DNA of 64,000 bases from Desulfomonilia bacterium (lineage in GTDB: Bacteria; Desulfobacterota; Desulfomonilia; UBA1062). A program made the position numbers and the translations under genes. The stretch covers positions 448,001 to 512,000 of the forward strand of contig CAXXDQ010000004.1 in assembly GCA_963664325.2 (NCBI GenBank), read 5' to 3'. Each line of letters begins with the position of its first letter. The stretch's first letter is position 1. The notes below the pieces were generated by a model. That model had not been told where the DNA came from. It saw nothing but the letters and a program-made list of their open reading frames with translations, and did not search any database. Below are positions 59,808 to 64,000 of the stretch, one piece after another.

Positions 59808-59867
59808 AAGGCGTCAGGCCTTTTTTCTGACAATAAAGGCCAATTGTCCCGAATCAAGGCCTGGCGC
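59808..59867. repeat. REP-like palindromic repeat family B
   Basis: AAGGCGTCAGGCCTT...AAGGCCTGGCGC. Confidence 0.65.
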
Positions 59868-59874
59868 GGTATTT

Positions 59875-60717
59875 TTAAAAAGAGAAGTTGACGCCGACGA
59901 CAGGTCCCTGTTCGACCAGGTTAAGTTTGAAATCCTGCCTGTTGTGGTAGACGTTCACCACCCTGTATCCCGCCGCAGCTGAAAACATCTTGTTGAATTT
60001 GTAATACAGCAGGGGCACGATTTCCCAGTCAAAATCCCTGTCGCCGAAGCCGATATCGGCCGTTATGCCCAGCTCGAGGCTCTTTGTGAGGGGGGCTTTG
60101 ATTTCACCGCCTATCGTTCCCAGGACCCATTTGTCTCTTTCGGTATCGGAATAATGGTACGGGATGTTGTATGGGGGAGGAAGATTGATTGCCTGGGCAT
60201 CCGCTTCCATATCAAGCTTGGTGTTGAAGTATCTGACGCCCGCGAAGACCGCCCACGGGAAATTTTCATTGAATCTTTTACCGATCACGAACGTGTCCAT
60301 GCTCGTTTTTATATCGGCGGTGCCGGAGATTGTCACATCGACAGGCACCGGAAGAGGGGGCGAACTGACCGCAACGGTATCGGTGGCGTCGGGTTTTACA
60401 TTAAGATAAACGATATCGGCAAGGAAATACCAGTCGTTATAGCTGACCGAAATGTTTCCCGTGGCGCACATTTTAATGTCCTTCAGTATATCGCTTAAGG
60501 AATAATCGACATCGACATCGGCATAAGGAGTTTCCAGGGAACTGGCGAGACTGGCTCCCCAGAAATAAAGGCTTACATCAACGCCGAAAGGCGCTTTCTT
60601 CTGATCCTGGTTTTGGCTCTTGTCACCGGTTTCGTTCGCGGCAATGACAGCCGCCGGTGATAAAAGAGACATTATCAACAATAACATGATCAGTCTGACA
60701 CCATGCCCTGTTTTCAT
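59875..60717 (-). CDS. hypothetical outer-membrane beta-barrel protein
   Basis: Signal peptide, alternating beta-strand pattern, AGVRY, AGYR, terminal GP..GVNFSF. Confidence 0.75.
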   Translation of the reverse strand: MKTGHGVRLIMLLLIMSLLSPAAVIAANETGDKSQNQDQKKAPFGVDVSLYFWGASLASSLETPYADVDVDYSLSDILKDIKMCATGNISVSYNDWYFLADIVYLNVKPDATDTVAVSSPPLPVPVDVTISGTADIKTSMDTFVIGKRFNENFPWAVFAGVRYFNTKLDMEADAQAINLPPPYNIPYHYSDTERDKWVLGTIGGEIKAPLTKSLELGITADIGFGDRDFDWEIVPLLYYKFNKMFSAAAGYRVVNVYHNRQDFKLNLVEQGPVVGVNFSF

Positions 60718-60952
60718 CTTAAGTCTCCTTAAAAAAATTTATTGCAAAGCACTGCTGGCATGGGATGCATCCGGCCGCATCCTGGCTATAATAACAGATG
60801 TGTGGCCGATTATGTCCGTATCCCGATTCATCGACACCTTGCATTTCACCAGCCGGAAATCTTATGGACGGGCATTTGCAACAAAAAAAATATCACTCGA
60901 AAAACATTTGTTTGTCCAGACAAAACTGAAAACGAAGAAGGAAAGGCTCCAT

Positions 60953-60992
60953 GAAGCCCAAGGCGTCAGTCCTTAAAGTATCCCCTGACGTC
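60953..60992. repeat. REP-like repeat family B, internally shortened copy
   Basis: GAAGCCCAAGGCGTCAGTCCTT (21/22 identical to 59801-59822) ... CTGACGTC. Confidence 0.6.
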
Positions 60993-61030
60993 CGGCTTCA
61001 GAAGTCTTTCCCTCAATCTTAAAACTTATT

Positions 61031-62443
61031 CTACCCGTGCGTAAAGAACCTGTAGCCGGTCTCTTTCTTAAGCCTCTCCATCCTTGCCTGGAGGCCAGGC
61101 AGCACGGCCTTTCCGGCGGAAGTGTTTATTATGTTCCTGAATTCCTTCGGGTCTTTTTTGAGATCGAAGAGCTGATCGTCCCATGTGCCCTTCTGGTAGG
61201 TGATGTACTTGTGGTCTTTCGTCCTGACCGCAGCGATACCCGGGATCGGGATCGGGAAGACAGGGAAGTGCTCGTAAAGGAATGCGTCTCTTCCCTGGAG
61301 AATGGGCGATTTGAGATAGGGGACTATGCTTTTTCCCTGCATGTTCGAGGGGATCGGCTCGCCGATGATTTCGAGCAGCGTGGGTGCGAGGTCGATATTG
61401 AGGATCATCTGGTCTCTTCTGCCCGTCTCTTTGATAAGCTTCGGGTAGCGGATGAAGAATGGTATCCTGATCGACTCCTCGTAAGCGTTTCTCTTGTCAT
61501 ACAGCCCGTGCTCGCCGAAGAGGTGACCGTTGTCGCCGGCATAGACTATTACCGTATTATCGAGTTCGCCCGTCTGTTCGAGCATCGTCAGTACGCGGCC
61601 GACCTGCTCGTCGACAGACGCCACCGTCCGCAGGTAGTTGCGGTAGAGCCCGTTCATGGGCATGGGCGCGCCGACGAAGACCTGGTCGTTGGTGAATGTC
61701 ACCCAGGTGTCGGACTCGGGCGGCATGTGAAGGTCTACGCCCTTGTAAAGGTCTTTCATGTGCTCAGGCGGCCGGTACCCGAAGTGCACCGCCTTGTGGG
61801 AGAGGTACAGGCAGAACGGATTTGTCCTCTTCCGGCCGATGAAGTCGAGCGCAAAATCGGTGAGGTCGTTGGTGATGTATTTGCCGGGCCGCGGCGTATC
61901 GACTCCGTTAATGACGAGCGGGCAGTCATAGTAAACGCCCTGGCCGCCTTCCTTCGTGAACGTGATGAACTCATCAAGGCCCCTCAGTTTGGGAAGCCTG
62001 TCGCCGGGCATGTGCCATTTGCCGATGAAGGCCGTATCGTAGCCCGCCTTCTTGATCAGTTCCATGAAGGTGACGTTTTCGTCCTTCCACATCGTATGGT
62101 TAGTTACCACACCGTGCGTGTGCGCATACTGACCTGTCAAAAAGCTTGCTCGTGACGGGCTGCAGAGCGACGTTGTGACGAACGAGTTCGCGAAGTTCGC
62201 GCCCTCGTTTGCTATTCGGTCGAGGTTCGGTGTCTTCACCACGGGGTGGCCCATGCAGCTGAACGCGTCATAGCGGTGGTCGTCGGTCAATATGAAAAGT
62301 ATGTTGGGCTTCTTCTCGCCCGCAAAAAGTGGCGTTGAAGCGAACGGTCCCATCATGCCCATGAGTGCGGCCGCGCCCGCCATCTTGAGCGCCTTTCTCC
62401 TGGTCACGCCTTCTTCGGAAATTTTTTTTATGTTATCGCTCAT
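61031..62443 (-). CDS. Cys-type sulfatase with Tat signal (N-acetylglucosamine-6-sulfatase-like)
   Basis: TRRKALK twin-arginine; PNILFILTDDHR, CSPSRASFLTG, GKWH, DNG...GEH...DKR..YEESIRIP. Confidence 0.93.
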   Translation of the reverse strand: MSDNIKKISEEGVTRRKALKMAGAAALMGMMGPFASTPLFAGEKKPNILFILTDDHRYDAFSCMGHPVVKTPNLDRIANEGANFANSFVTTSLCSPSRASFLTGQYAHTHGVVTNHTMWKDENVTFMELIKKAGYDTAFIGKWHMPGDRLPKLRGLDEFITFTKEGGQGVYYDCPLVINGVDTPRPGKYITNDLTDFALDFIGRKRTNPFCLYLSHKAVHFGYRPPEHMKDLYKGVDLHMPPESDTWVTFTNDQVFVGAPMPMNGLYRNYLRTVASVDEQVGRVLTMLEQTGELDNTVIVYAGDNGHLFGEHGLYDKRNAYEESIRIPFFIRYPKLIKETGRRDQMILNIDLAPTLLEIIGEPIPSNMQGKSIVPYLKSPILQGRDAFLYEHFPVFPIPIPGIAAVRTKDHKYITYQKGTWDDQLFDLKKDPKEFRNIINTSAGKAVLPGLQARMERLKKETGYRFFTHG

Positions 62444-62458
62444 GATATCCTCCGGCAG

Positions 62459-63019
62459 TTAAAGAAAGAGCTTCGTGTATGCTTCCATGTAGAGGTAATA
62501 GAAGGTGTGGCCGCCGTTAAAGAGCAGGATGAACGACATGATGAAGCCTGTGACGAGCACCAGGACCGACTTGAACTCGAATATCTTCATGCCAGTATCA
62601 CCTGTCTTTTTCCTGTAGATCATCCTGCACCATATCTCGGAAATCCCCATGCAGAGGAGAGAGACGAATACCGCGCCTATGATGACCCCATGTAAGCATG
62701 CGAAAAGGACCTCGGCCGGGGAGTATATGCCTATGAAATCGCTTATCACATTCGCGTCCCAGACGACGGGCGTGACGAGGCAGACCAGAAGCCTTTCCCT
62801 GAAAGAGGCCCCGTAGAAGAAGGCCATGGTGTTGGCTATCATGGCGCCCAGCCATATGCTTATGAACATGAGCGCCGCCGAGAAGTTGGCGAAGAACATG
62901 TGAAGGGATTGAGGCCTCCACCAGCGGCTCACGTTGTAGAGGTTGATCGAGACGATCATGAGGATAAGGACCGTCCCGGCTGGCAGGATGATCCTTTTCA
63001 TTACCGGCTGCTTTTCCAT
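62459..63019 (-). CDS. hypothetical membrane protein
   Basis: About 5 TM; GGAGGTG RBS before ATG 63019. Confidence 0.7.
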   Translation of the reverse strand: MEKQPVMKRIILPAGTVLILMIVSINLYNVSRWWRPQSLHMFFANFSAALMFISIWLGAMIANTMAFFYGASFRERLLVCLVTPVVWDANVISDFIGIYSPAEVLFACLHGVIIGAVFVSLLCMGISEIWCRMIYRKKTGDTGMKIFEFKSVLVLVTGFIMSFILLFNGGHTFYYLYMEAYTKLFL

Positions 63020-63073
63020 ATATTCACCTCCGGTTAACCCGTTTTTATATCGGCGCATAAAAGCATATGCCTT

Positions 63074-64000
63074 CTATTCATACTTTTCAATGAGCTCGGC
63101 TGCGATAACGCCCGAGGCCACGCAGCTGGGCACCCCGCCCCCGGGATGGGTGGACGAGCCTGTCAGGTAGAGCCCCTTTATGCACTTTGATTTTGAAGAG
63201 GCCCTGAACACGGCCGAATTGGGCAGGTCGTGGTGCAGCGCGAAGAGCGTGCCTTCCGGAGCCAGGAAGCGCCTCTCGTATTCGAGCGGCGTGGCGTAGA
63301 ATGCGACATCGATGTTATCCTTGAGGCCCGGGACATAGTTGTCCGAGAGGTAGTTTATGTAACTCTCCGTAAGCCATGGCGCAACGGCGTCCCATGTCGT
63401 GCCATCGAGCCTGTAAGGGCCTTCGATCGTGAGCTGCAGGATGTTTTTCCCGGCCGGTGCCAGCGACGGGTCGGTCCGTGTCGTCCAGCTGATCATGCCG
63501 AAGGGCTTTTCCGGATAGCGGCCCTGCTTCTGGTAGTCCCAATAGTAGCGGTTGTACTCCTCCATCGCGATCGGAAAAAACGTGTGGTGCGAAAGGAGCG
63601 GCGGGGTGTAGCCGACGCCAAGGTAAATGACCGCAGCAGGCGGGGTATAGCTGTAGCTGTTGAGTCCGAATCTTACGAGCCAGGGCAGGTGTTCAACGCC
63701 CACAAGCTTCTGGTAGAGCGTTTTTACATTGACGTTGGAGACCACGAGGCGCGAGGTTATTTCGGTGCCGTCCTTCAGCTTCACTCCATATGTCCGGCCG
63801 TTTCTCACCAGCACCTTTTTAACAAGGGTATTGAGCCTCAGTTCCATGCCTCTGGCCTGGCCGAGGCGGCAAATTGCCCTGGGGATGGCGGCCATGCCGC
63901 CCTTGCTGTATGAAAGCCCCATCCTCTCTCCCCATATCAGCATGGCATATATGGCCGGGCAGAGCTCCGGCGGCAGGGCCATGAAAAAGGCCTGCGGAGA
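63074..64000 (-). CDS. phytoene desaturase (CrtI)-family FAD-dependent oxidoreductase, 5' partial
   Basis: KGGM.AI, DPSLAPAGK, TP..YE, GLYLTGSSTHPGGGVP...SG. Confidence 0.88.
   Translation of the reverse strand, partial: SPQAFFMALPPELCPAIYAMLIWGERMGLSYSKGGMAAIPRAICRLGQARGMELRLNTLVKKVLVRNGRTYGVKLKDGTEITSRLVVSNVNVKTLYQKLVGVEHLPWLVRFGLNSYSYTPPAAVIYLGVGYTPPLLSHHTFFPIAMEEYNRYYWDYQKQGRYPEKPFGMISWTTRTDPSLAPAGKNILQLTIEGPYRLDGTTWDAVAPWLTESYINYLSDNYVPGLKDNIDVAFYATPLEYERRFLAPEGTLFALHHDLPNSAVFRASSKSKCIKGLYLTGSSTHPGGGVPSCVASGVIAAELIEKYE

Noticed and set aside
61037-62155. 372-aa plus-strand ORF
   Set aside because: Antisense shadow of the Tat-exported sulfatase

Overview
64 kb of chromosomal DNA from an anaerobic bacterium; gene content and repeat types suggest Desulfobacterota/'Deltaproteobacteria' (inference). 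The backbone carries an arylsulfatase (split by a 1-nt frameshift) with a radical-SAM anaerobic sulfatase maturase, an acyl-CoA dehydrogenase, a DEAD-box helicase, and a tightly coupled 7-gene operon joining a four-subunit 2-oxoacid:ferredoxin oxidoreductase to a NuoE/NuoF/NuoG-N (HydABC/Bfu-type) NADH module. It also holds many hydrolases/peptidases (M81, CocE/NonD, two C45, M28, SppA, MBL), TetR/MarR regulators with visible operators, and a sigma-54 operon of small membrane proteins and ICMT-family methyltransferases. Accessory DNA: (i) 37.8-44.1 kb, a decaying run of minus-strand genes with attC-like sites but no integrase (Abi_C-like protein, HNH nuclease, antitoxin with a broken toxin, HTH + nucleotidyltransferase pair, leukocidin-like/BACON lipoprotein); (ii) 53.1-57.8 kb, an AT-rich two-gene operon, SIR2-like protein + Rad50/SMC-like ATPase with an extra N-terminal domain, the best candidate for an undescribed (Lamassu-related) anti-phage system. 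Two families of short palindromic dispersed repeats occur; one shows compensatory base changes and one sits inserted in a duplicated regulatory segment. No rRNA, tRNA, CRISPR array, transposase or integrase was seen. All calls come from motif reading by eye; no database searches were run.
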